DNA of 64,000 nucleotides from an uncultured Rhodobacterales bacterium (GTDB lineage Bacteria; Pseudomonadota; Alphaproteobacteria; Rhodobacterales; Rhodobacteraceae): NCBI GenBank assembly GCA_964632495.1, contig CAZWDS010000001.1, positions 21,318 to 85,317 of the forward strand, read 5' to 3'. Shown piece by piece: positions 27,396 to 35,532 of this stretch (position 1 is its first letter; each line of letters starts with the position of its first letter). The notes under the pieces were generated by a model. It saw only the letters and a program-made list of their open reading frames with translations, ran no database searches and was not told where the DNA came from. The position numbers and the translations under genes were made by a program.

Positions 27396-27415
27396 GAATT
27401 AAACGCAATTAATTC
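27396..27415. promoter_or_regulatory. Perfect 7-bp inverted repeat GAATTAA-N6-TTAATTC in the long leader of the giant gene
   Basis: Read directly. It lies ~240 bp upstream of the ATG at 27652 in an AT-richer spacer. Confidence 0.2.
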
Positions 27416-27610
27416 AATTTGTTACAAGCAAAAAATCGTGCTCTGGCAAGACTTCGCGCATTTTGTTCGTGCTGTTTTGAGAGACCAAGGTGGATGCAAA
27501 AAGCCGCCCTTTTCTCGCCACAAAGTCCCCTACTGTCGTCACAAAGGTGTCGAGTTCTCTGAGGTGTTTCTGCACTTCTTTAGTTGGTTTCAGAATGACA
27601 ACAATAGCAC

Positions 27611-27634
27611 CGCGCCCAATCTCCTAAGGGCGCG
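27611..27634 (+). promoter_or_regulatory. 5'-UTR hairpin (CGCGCCC-N10-GGGCGCG) just upstream of the SD of the giant gene
   Basis: 7-bp GC stem read directly, ending 4 nt before the GGGAGAG SD-like run (27638-27644) upstream of the ATG at 27652. Confidence 0.3.
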
Positions 27635-27651
27635 AACGGGAGAGATGTGCC

Positions 27652-30600
27652 ATGAATACGACTGCTTTTTTTGACGCAACAAACGTTGATACACCCGCTG
27701 GTTTGACCACGGCTGTGGGGATGGGGTCCATCAGTGGCATACCCAGTTCTGGCACCGGACTGATGGGCGCAGCATTTGTTCCCGGCACATCCATTTGGAA
27801 CACCGCCAAGGCTGCTGAAGCCGCGGCTGGAACGCCTGACGCAACATTCGTGGCATCCGAAGTTATGTATGCATCGCGACAAAGCGAAACGACGGTAGCC
27901 GAGTTTATCGGCAACGATGCCGCCAGCCTTCAAGGCAACGGCAATCTGGAAATGGGGCCATCGGCGCTGACGCTTTCGGGCTTCATCTACATCCCGCCCG
28001 GCGTCCACGAGATCGAAATCGTTTCGGATGATGGGTTTGAGCTGCAAATCGGCGGCGTCGATTTTTCAGAATTCACCGGGGGACGCGGCCCCGACGGAAC
28101 CGCACGCGTCGCAGACTTTGAAGGCGGGTTGTACCAGATTGACATGCTGTATTTCGATGGTGGCGGCGGTATGGCTCTTTCTCTCCAGATCGACGGTTTG
28201 CCTGTGAATCAAAGTGCGCTTTACCAAAGCACCGACGATTTCATGAACCCACCGGCCGATGTGCTTTTGGTTCCTGTCGACGAATACCATCCCTCTCTTT
28301 TCCTTGAAGAAAGCCTTGATGTCGCCGTCGATACAACCACGACAGACGCACGCGATGTCATCACAGGCCTTGGCGCTGATGACACTATCGATGGCCAGGG
28401 CGGCGATGATGAACTTATGGGCGGCTATGGCGATGACATCCTTATGGGCGGTGAAGGCGACGACGTTTTGGACGGCGGTTTTGGCTCGGACGTTCTGAAC
28501 GGAGGAGACGGCAACGACCTTCTCATCGCACGCTCGGACGCAGGCGAACAACGGATCGGTCAGCTTGCGATAGATCAATCCACGCGTCCGGATCCGGATA
28601 ATGAAGTTGACGACGATCTGCAAAAACTCTCGGCCTTTGCGAACGAAGCCCTTGTGGGCGATGACGTTCTGATTGGGGGCGCGGGCAACGATACCTTTCT
28701 GATCTCACCTCAAATCGATGCAAAACTGGACATTATCGAACAACACGTCCGCGCCGATGGCACGATCAATTGGGCAGGTGTTGCGGGCGAAAACGATGAA
28801 CTTCACGACCACTGGGTTGATAGCTCTGGCATCGACATAATCGCCGATTACAATGCCGATGAAGATCAGATTGCCATCATCGGCCATACGGCTGTGCCCT
28901 TCGTGACCTACGCCGATGTCACGGGCGACGGCGTCGAGGAATCCATCATCACCGTGATCTCGGTTCAGCACGGCAACGGCGGTGCCCATGATCGCGATCT
29001 GATTGGTCAGGTCATCGTCCACGGCGACCGGGTCGAAGTCGAAGACATCCAGACCGACGATAACGTCACTTATGGTGTCGTCGAGGGCTACGGCGACATC
29101 GCGCAAGCGCTTGCTCCGGTTGGTGAAGAAAAGATCACGACAATCGATGGCGTTGATTACAAAGGCTATGACACACGCGAGCCTATGCAGATGATGGACG
29201 GCATGGACGCGGGCGAACACGCGGGCCATGGACCGGGCACCAATGTGCTGGGCGAAGTCACCGGAAACCCTTACGACGCGTTCGACAACGACAACTTCAG
29301 CGAAGACATGCTGGCCGCCGGCGCGGGAGAAACCAACGACTATGTAGAAACGCGATCTCCCTTCGATCAGTTGGAAGAAGTCGATGTCGCAGGCTCAAAT
29401 ATCTCGGGCAACAACAATGGGAACAACTTATCTCAAGAAGACACCGAAACACCCGAAGGTCTTCCTGGCGCGCTAGGTTTCTGGAGCCTTGGGAACGGTA
29501 TCGATGGCGCTTATGCGGACTTGCGCGATGATGGCGGCGCGGACGTTAAGTCCTACACGCTCTATGAAAGTCAGGCCCTGTTGAACACCGATGCCTCAAC
29601 CGATGGTCCCGATGGAACACCGAATGGCGCGATGTACTTCAATGGCGAGGACAGCTTTGCTTTCCTAGAGCACGATAGCGAAACAGCCATAACCCAAGGC
29701 ACCATCGCCATGTGGGTACGCCCCGACGACATTGGCGAAACCTCCATGTTCGTGACGAAAGATCAATCGGGAGCAGGAGACGGCAGTCATTTCCGTCTTG
29801 GCCATACCGATAACGGCGGCTTGTTCCTGCGGATGGCCGACCCTTACAAGACGAACCACGCTTGGGAAACCGGCCCACGTCTGACCGAAGGTGAATGGAC
29901 CCATCTGGCCGTCTCTTTCACTGACGACGGTATCACTGTTTACCTTGATGGCGATCCAGTTCCGAATGGCGCTTGGTCCAAAGTTGAAGGCGACATCGCC
30001 ACACCCGGTCAACACGGCTCAGCTACACTGCTTCAGAACGAAGAGCCTTGGGTCTTTGGCGCAGATCAATCACGTACCGAGCTAAACGAAACAGCTCAGG
30101 AATTCGCAGTCGATGACGACAAGCTCCAAAACGAGTTTGAAGGTGCGATTGCCGACTTTGGTGTCTGGGGCGGCTTTACGGCCGATGACGCCTTGACCCG
30201 CGCCGAAATCGACAACTTGATCGACAATGGGCCGGGTGCCGCGCTGACCAATCCATCAGGGCAACAGCCGATGGTTCTTGCTGACGACATGATTGAAGGC
30301 ATGGGTGGTCGCGACACGATCCACGGCGAAGGCGGTGACGATACTTTAGATGGCGGTGCTGGAAATGATAACATTCACGGCGGATACGGCGACGATCATC
30401 TGATTGGCGACGTCGGGAACGACACGTTGGACGGCGGACGCGGCAATGACCTTTTGGAAGGTGGCGATGGCAATGACACGTTAATCAGCCGCTCCGACGC
30501 GGGCGAACAGCGCGCCGGACAACTGGTTCTGGACGATCCTTCGCGCCCGGAAGGCGGCTCCATTGATCCCGAGTATCTGAAACTTGTAGATTGGATCGAT

Positions 30601-32331
30601 CAAGAAATTGAAGCCGACGATGTCCTTGTTGGCGGTGGCGGCGCCGACCGCTTCCAGTTCGAAACTTTGATCAACGGCAAGAAAGATATTCTGGCCGAAC
30701 ACACAATGGATAACGGCATGATCCATTGGCACGGCGTCGCAGGTGAGAACAAGTACATCCACGATCACTGGGTCGATGGGCTTGGTGTCGACGTGGTAGC
30801 GGATTACAACAAAGCCGAAGGCGACACGATCTCGGTCATCGGCCACACCACTCAAATCGAGGTGGACTACCAAACTATCGATACGGATGGCGATGGCATT
30901 GATGACGACGCTGTTTCAGTGATCACCGTTTATTCTCAGCAAGGCAACGGAGGCGGCGCCCACGACGAGGACTATCTGGGCTACATCGTTGTTCATGGTG
31001 ATCGCGTCGAAGAAGAAGACATCGAAACTGACGCCGGTGCACACTATGGCATCGTTGATACCATTCATGACATTCAGGAGGCTGTTGCACCGAACGGCGA
31101 CACCAAGTGGATCGACGCCGACGGAGATGGGGTGGCCGAGCACCTTGGTTACGATACCCGAGATGTAAATGGTGATCCTGTCGGTACCAGCCCTTGGTAT
31201 TATTCGTCCAACGAGTGGTACAACAATGGTGAGATCGATCTGACCAGCACCTTGCCTGAGGGTCTTGAAGCTCCGAACATTCTTTTGGATTATGCGACTG
31301 GAACATTCGGCGGTGCAAATCAACCGGTCGAAATTGTCCACGAGGCTTCGCAAGCAGCTGCAGAAGGCACATGGTCTTTCAGCTTTAATGCCGACAATCC
31401 GGGTAACGGCCAGAACCAGGCGTTGATCTCGAAAGATCATTCCGGCTTGGGTGACGGTGGTCATTTGACTGCGCACATCACGACGAACGGCGCCCTGCTG
31501 GTTCGTTTCCAAGGCGAAGCAGAAGAAAAGAGCTTGGTCAACTGGCAAACCAAAATTCAAGCGAACGAAGACTATCACGTCGCCTTCACTTTCGACGGGG
31601 ACGAAATCGGTCTGTACCTGAACGGCGAATTGCTTGATGCCGACACAGGGTTTGAGGAAGGGATGACCGGAAACGAAGAGAACCTTGTAATCGGCGGCTC
31701 GACACGAACTCGGATGGGCGAAGATGACAATATCGAGTGGCACTTCGATGGCACAATCGAGAACCTGACGCTGCTGGATCGTCCGTTGGAAGAGATCGAA
31801 ATCCTGTTCCTTTCGGAAAACGACGGCAACGTCGACGCACTTGGCGCGCTTTACGGCAACCCGGTCGAGATCGAAGACGACGAGGAAGAAGAAGACAACA
31901 CCGAAGATACGTCGGACGAGACTAACGACGATACTTCGGACGATGACAACGACGACTCTTCGGACGACAACGAAAACTCCGATGACGACGCCGACGATAC
32001 TTCCGATGACGAACAGGAAGAGGAAGAGGAAGAGGAAGAGGAAGAGGAAGAGGAAGAGGAAGAAACAAATGACGACGAGATGTCAAACGATGGAGACGAC
32101 GAATCGGGCATCAGCGCGATTTTCTCGAAAATCATCAATGCTCTTCTGTCGATCTTCGGACTTGGTGGCAGCGATGACGACAACGACACTGCGCCAACCG
32201 AAGAAGAAATCGAAACTACTTTGACCGAGGTAGAGGATCTTTTGAGTGACCTGATGACCACGCCAATCGAAGAAGGCAGCACGATGCAATCCAACCTCGA
32301 CGTCGAAGAAGAAGAGGTCATGATGATTTGA
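27652..32331 (+). CDS. Giant secreted-type protein: PA14-like domain, 2 x (RTX Ca-binding repeats + unassigned domain + LamG/ConA-like domain), polyacidic tail
   Basis: 1559-aa uninterrupted ORF with no signal peptide. GGxGxD nonapeptides (GQGGDDELMGGYGDDILMGGEGDDVLDGGFGSDVLNGGDGNDLL; second block GEGGDDTLDGGAGNDNIHGGYGDDHL...). PA14-like GFELQIGGVDF...LYFDGGGGMALSLQIDG. LamG-like WVRPDD...EWTHLAVSF...VYLDG. Confidence 0.9.
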   Translation: MNTTAFFDATNVDTPAGLTTAVGMGSISGIPSSGTGLMGAAFVPGTSIWNTAKAAEAAAGTPDATFVASEVMYASRQSETTVAEFIGNDAASLQGNGNLEMGPSALTLSGFIYIPPGVHEIEIVSDDGFELQIGGVDFSEFTGGRGPDGTARVADFEGGLYQIDMLYFDGGGGMALSLQIDGLPVNQSALYQSTDDFMNPPADVLLVPVDEYHPSLFLEESLDVAVDTTTTDARDVITGLGADDTIDGQGGDDELMGGYGDDILMGGEGDDVLDGGFGSDVLNGGDGNDLLIARSDAGEQRIGQLAIDQSTRPDPDNEVDDDLQKLSAFANEALVGDDVLIGGAGNDTFLISPQIDAKLDIIEQHVRADGTINWAGVAGENDELHDHWVDSSGIDIIADYNADEDQIAIIGHTAVPFVTYADVTGDGVEESIITVISVQHGNGGAHDRDLIGQVIVHGDRVEVEDIQTDDNVTYGVVEGYGDIAQALAPVGEEKITTIDGVDYKGYDTREPMQMMDGMDAGEHAGHGPGTNVLGEVTGNPYDAFDNDNFSEDMLAAGAGETNDYVETRSPFDQLEEVDVAGSNISGNNNGNNLSQEDTETPEGLPGALGFWSLGNGIDGAYADLRDDGGADVKSYTLYESQALLNTDASTDGPDGTPNGAMYFNGEDSFAFLEHDSETAITQGTIAMWVRPDDIGETSMFVTKDQSGAGDGSHFRLGHTDNGGLFLRMADPYKTNHAWETGPRLTEGEWTHLAVSFTDDGITVYLDGDPVPNGAWSKVEGDIATPGQHGSATLLQNEEPWVFGADQSRTELNETAQEFAVDDDKLQNEFEGAIADFGVWGGFTADDALTRAEIDNLIDNGPGAALTNPSGQQPMVLADDMIEGMGGRDTIHGEGGDDTLDGGAGNDNIHGGYGDDHLIGDVGNDTLDGGRGNDLLEGGDGNDTLISRSDAGEQRAGQLVLDDPSRPEGGSIDPEYLKLVDWIDQEIEADDVLVGGGGADRFQFETLINGKKDILAEHTMDNGMIHWHGVAGENKYIHDHWVDGLGVDVVADYNKAEGDTISVIGHTTQIEVDYQTIDTDGDGIDDDAVSVITVYSQQGNGGGAHDEDYLGYIVVHGDRVEEEDIETDAGAHYGIVDTIHDIQEAVAPNGDTKWIDADGDGVAEHLGYDTRDVNGDPVGTSPWYYSSNEWYNNGEIDLTSTLPEGLEAPNILLDYATGTFGGANQPVEIVHEASQAAAEGTWSFSFNADNPGNGQNQALISKDHSGLGDGGHLTAHITTNGALLVRFQGEAEEKSLVNWQTKIQANEDYHVAFTFDGDEIGLYLNGELLDADTGFEEGMTGNEENLVIGGSTRTRMGEDDNIEWHFDGTIENLTLLDRPLEEIEILFLSENDGNVDALGALYGNPVEIEDDEEEEDNTEDTSDETNDDTSDDDNDDSSDDNENSDDDADDTSDDEQEEEEEEEEEEEEEEEETNDDEMSNDGDDESGISAIFSKIINALLSIFGLGGSDDDNDTAPTEEEIETTLTEVEDLLSDLMTTPIEEGSTMQSNLDVEEEEVMMI
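28348..31806 (+). repeat. Intragenic tandem duplication of a ~600-aa RTX/unassigned/LamG module (aa ~233-860 and ~875-1385)
   Basis: Collinear protein motifs occur twice: ARSDAGEQRIGQL / SRSDAGEQRAGQL; WAGVAGENDELHDHWVDSSGIDIIADYN / WHGVAGENKYIHDHWVDGLGVDVVADYN; VIVHGDRVEVEDIQTD / IVVHGDRVEEEDIETD. Confidence 0.85.
32017..32064 (+). repeat. (GAAGAG)n hexanucleotide microsatellite, 7 perfect units plus GAAGAA, encoding 16 consecutive Glu
   Basis: Counted directly in the sequence. It is in frame with the giant ORF (codons GAA GAG alternating). Confidence 0.95.
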
Positions 32332-32353
32332 TCCGAAGTCCATGTCACCCTAA

Positions 32354-32383
32354 AGGCCCGGTTTAAGAACCGGGCCTTTTTTT
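32354..32383 (+). terminator. Rho-independent terminator after the giant gene, shared with the convergent gene
   Basis: Perfect 10-bp stem AGGCCCGGTT / AACCGGGCCT with loop TAAG, followed by a T7 run. The stop codon of the convergent minus-strand gene lies inside the T tract. Confidence 0.85.
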
Positions 32384-33260
32384 ATGCGGTCCAGCGCACT
32401 TGCCCCAGTTCTTTTGTGCGGTACCCGCCCAAGGTCGCAACCCTTTCTTTGAAGGACGGTGTCTTGCAAAACGCAAGAAGCCTCTGAAACGGTGATTCAA
32501 AATAGGCGCGTCGATCAATCAGCAAATCAAATCTCTCTTCGATCAACGGACGAAACGCCAAGCCAAATGGTTTGGCCAAGGCTTCCAAACCAAAGGCCGC
32601 ATCCGCCTGCCCCTCTGCAACAGCCAAAGCGGCGTCCTGTTCGCTGCGCACTTCAGTTCGGAAATCAATCTCGGCACCCGTTACTTCGGAAACCTTCATC
32701 AGATGCTTCAACAAAACGGCCGTGCCAGACGCAGACTGCCGCTCTACCATGGTACGACCTTTCAGATCAGCCAGCCCGTGGATGTGTTCGGCATCTTCCT
32801 TGCGCATCACCAAACCGCGCTTTCGGGTCGCCCAGGATAACAACACTGCATCTTGTCGACCGGCCTCCTTGGCAACGACGGGAACATTCCAATCATTTTG
32901 CCCCGCATCATAGATATGTAATCCAGCAACAACGCCTTCGCCCGCGCAAAACCGTGCTACACCATCCGCGCTTGCGTCCAGCAAAGACGCGAAGCCGCAT
33001 TCGGACTGCCGAGCAGCCCATTCCAAGAGAGGATCGTGACTGCCCAGTATGACATCGGGTCTCTTCTGCGGTTCGCTTGGACCCGTCCGATTACCATCAA
33101 CCCAAGCCTGTACGGCGTCCCTAGGAAACAACAGCTTTCCAGTCGCGCGTGACACCGGAACTTGACCGGACGCGGCAAGGTCATAAACCTTGCGTTCCTT
33201 GATCCGCAGCAAAGCGGCCAACTCGGGAACAGTAAGATATTCGGATTGTGCGTCCATCAT
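32382..33260 (-). CDS. Excisionase/MerR-like HTH fused to a periplasmic-binding-protein-like domain (putative oxyanion-responsive regulator)
   Basis: N-terminus LTVPELAALLRIKERKVYDLAASGQVPVSRATGKLLFPRDAVQAWV (HTH_17-like). The remainder is PBP-like. Last gene of the tungstate-type ABC operon, with a 4-nt overlap. Confidence 0.75.
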   Translation of the reverse strand: MMDAQSEYLTVPELAALLRIKERKVYDLAASGQVPVSRATGKLLFPRDAVQAWVDGNRTGPSEPQKRPDVILGSHDPLLEWAARQSECGFASLLDASADGVARFCAGEGVVAGLHIYDAGQNDWNVPVVAKEAGRQDAVLLSWATRKRGLVMRKEDAEHIHGLADLKGRTMVERQSASGTAVLLKHLMKVSEVTGAEIDFRTEVRSEQDAALAVAEGQADAAFGLEALAKPFGLAFRPLIEERFDLLIDRRAYFESPFQRLLAFCKTPSFKERVATLGGYRTKELGQVRWTA

Positions 33261-34078
33261 CGGGCCGCGTTCGGAAAAAATAATTGCTGTCCGTCGATCT
33301 GATGGCTAGCAATCGCGTTTTGCCCAACATCAGACAAAAGCCAATCCGCGAAAGCCTGACCATCCTTGGTATTCGCGTTCGGACAGCGGGCGGGACTGAC
33401 GACGATCACACCGTACTGATTGAACAACGCATCATCGCCTTCCACTAAAACGTCGAAGTCCTGTTTGTTGCCAAAACTGATCCATGTCGCCCGATCAGTC
33501 ATCACATAGGCGCCCATGCCGATTCCAACATTCAAAGTCGCACCCATGCCCGATCCAGTTTCGCGGTACCAAGTTCCCGAAACAGCACTTGGATCAAGAC
33601 CAACCTTCTGCCAAAGCGCTTGCTCTTTCTTGTGCGTGCCACTGTCATCGCCGCGCGATGCAAACAGTGCTTCAGCGTTTGCGATTTTTTCCAAAGCAGC
33701 AAAAACGTCAGTCATTCGTCCGATATCAGCTGGATCAGAGCTGGGTCCGACAATCACAAAGTCGTTGTACATCAGATCAGCGCGCAAAATCCCGCCGCCG
33801 TCTGCAACGAATTCTTCCTCGGCGCCCTTGGCATGAACCAAGAGAACATCACCATCACAATTCGAAGCATTCCGTATAGCCTGTCCGGTTCCCACAGCCA
33901 CAATATTGACAGTGATCCCAGAAGACCTTTCAAAAATCGGCAGAACCGTATCGTAGAATCCGGAGTTCTTTGTCGAAGTCGTTGATTGGACAACGATGCT
34001 CTCTGACCAAACAGGACCAGCAAAGGAAATAACCAAAGTTACGACAAAACGGTACATATCAATGCTCCAAGACTTCAT
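33257..34078 (-). CDS. tupA: Tungstate-type ABC transporter substrate-binding protein
   Basis: Signal peptide plus VVQSTTSTKNSGFYDTVLPIFE...AVGTGQAIRNASNCDGDVLLVHAKGAEEEF...MYNDFVIVGPSSDPA, the TupA-family signature. Confidence 0.75.
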   Translation of the reverse strand: MKSWSIDMYRFVVTLVISFAGPVWSESIVVQSTTSTKNSGFYDTVLPIFERSSGITVNIVAVGTGQAIRNASNCDGDVLLVHAKGAEEEFVADGGGILRADLMYNDFVIVGPSSDPADIGRMTDVFAALEKIANAEALFASRGDDSGTHKKEQALWQKVGLDPSAVSGTWYRETGSGMGATLNVGIGMGAYVMTDRATWISFGNKQDFDVLVEGDDALFNQYGVIVVSPARCPNANTKDGQAFADWLLSDVGQNAIASHQIDGQQLFFPNAAR

Positions 34079-34769
34079 CCAGTTTTCCGGCCAAATACGC
34101 GCGCGCTACGCCAGTCGCTGGAGTTTCGAAAAATGTTGTTGCAGGTGTCTGCTCGGCCAATTGCCCCCTGGCCAAAAAGACCACGTCTTCGGCAAGCCTA
34201 CGCGCCTGACCGATATCATGGGTGACGAAGATCACCTGAACACCTTCTGCCGCGACTTGTCTGACCGTCTGTTCGATCGCATACGTCGAACTGGGATCAA
34301 GACTGGCTGTTGGCTCGTCCAAAAACAGAGTTTCAGGCTTGGTCGCCAAGGCTCGCGCAATGGCAAGCCTTTGCTGTTCACCACCGGAGAGCCGTCTTGC
34401 TGGTTGATCTGCGTGGTCTAATAACCCAACCCGACTCAACAGATCATCGCGATTTTTGCGCGGCTGAGAGCGTGCTTTCAGAACAAAGTCGATGTTGGCC
34501 GCAACACTGCGTCGCAACAGCACGGGTTTCTGAAAGACCAAGGCTTGTTTCCACCGAACCTCCGGAGTGATCGACCGACCATCAAACAAAACTTGCCCAG
34601 CGGTCGGTTCGATCAATCCATGAAAAACCCGCAACAGCAAACTTTTCCCCGCCCCGTTGGGACCCATGACGACCGTAAGGCCCGGCGACGCGAAACGAAG
34701 CGCGGGAAGATCCAAGAGCCTTGCGCCACCAACCTCGTATGTCAGATCCATGGCCTCAAGCATAAGCAT
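34059..34769 (-). CDS. tupC: ABC transporter ATP-binding protein (tungstate-type system)
   Basis: Walker A GPNGAGKS, signature LSGGEQQRLAIARAL, Walker B LFLDEPT. Confidence 0.8.
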   Translation of the reverse strand: MLMLEAMDLTYEVGGARLLDLPALRFASPGLTVVMGPNGAGKSLLLRVFHGLIEPTAGQVLFDGRSITPEVRWKQALVFQKPVLLRRSVAANIDFVLKARSQPRKNRDDLLSRVGLLDHADQPARRLSGGEQQRLAIARALATKPETLFLDEPTASLDPSSTYAIEQTVRQVAAEGVQVIFVTHDIGQARRLAEDVVFLARGQLAEQTPATTFFETPATGVARAYLAGKLDEVLEH

Positions 34770-35463
34770 GTTTTTCTGCTGAAGATCGCAAACCCTGAAC
34801 GGCAGCTGTTACAATCATGGCTAGCACCAGAAGAACGATCCCAAGGGCCAAGGCCAGCGGCAAATTGCCCTTCGACGTTTCAAGCGCTATGGCCGTGGTC
34901 ATTACGCGGGTCAGGTGGTCGATGTTGCCGCCCACGATCATGACAGCACCAACCTCGGCCACCGCACGACCGAAACCGGCAAGGGCCACGGTCAACAATG
35001 CGAACCGCCCGTCCCAAAGCAAAGCACCAATCGCTTGCCTGTGTGTCAACGAAAGCGAACGGAACTGTTCTGAATACTCAGTATGTAGGTCTTCTAAAGT
35101 TTGTCTGGACAGCGCGATCACTATGGGGGCAATCAGGATTGTTTGCGCAATGATCATCGCCGTCGGTGTATACAAAAGGCCCAAGAATCCAAGTGTCCCG
35201 GACCGTGAGAGATACAGATAGACCAACAAACCAACCACAACCGGTGGCAAACCCATCAGAGCATTGACCACCACCAAAACCGCGCCCCGACCCCGAAAAC
35301 GCACAACGGCCAAAAATGCGCCAAAGGGAAGACCGATGACGCAGGCAACAAGCGTTGCAGTCAAGCTGACATAGAGAGACAGACCGACAATCTCTAGAAG
35401 GTCGGCATCGGCTGTGATCAGCAATTGCAGCGCAATGAAAAGAGCGTCACCTAGATCTTGCAA
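34756..35463 (-). CDS. tupB: ABC transporter permease (tungstate-type system)
   Basis: 235-aa polytopic protein with a BPD-transporter EAA-like loop (ALETSKGNLPLALALGIVLL). First gene of the operon. Confidence 0.8.
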   Translation of the reverse strand: MQDLGDALFIALQLLITADADLLEIVGLSLYVSLTATLVACVIGLPFGAFLAVVRFRGRGAVLVVVNALMGLPPVVVGLLVYLYLSRSGTLGFLGLLYTPTAMIIAQTILIAPIVIALSRQTLEDLHTEYSEQFRSLSLTHRQAIGALLWDGRFALLTVALAGFGRAVAEVGAVMIVGGNIDHLTRVMTTAIALETSKGNLPLALALGIVLLVLAMIVTAAVQGLRSSAEKHAYA

Positions 35464-35532
35464 AATTTCCTACATCTTGCAGAATTTCCGAAAACGCTAA
35501 TGCTAAGCTGCGATTCTGACAAGTCCAAAGGA

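Noticed and set aside
28066-31743. Several minus-strand ORFs of 130-275 aa inside the giant gene (28066-28623, 28705-29229, 30481-30873, 30916-31743)
   Set aside because: These are antisense to a continuous 1559-aa ORF with clear domain motifs. They arise because Asp/Gly codons (GAC/GGC) read as Val/Ala on the opposite strand and rarely create stops.
31851-32348. 165-aa minus-strand ORF with a poly-Ser run, and the plus-frame Lys/Arg-rich ORF at 31841-32224
   Set aside because: These are mirror and shifted readings of the GAAGAG / GA(C/T)-rich low-complexity DNA that encodes the acidic tail. They are not independent genes.
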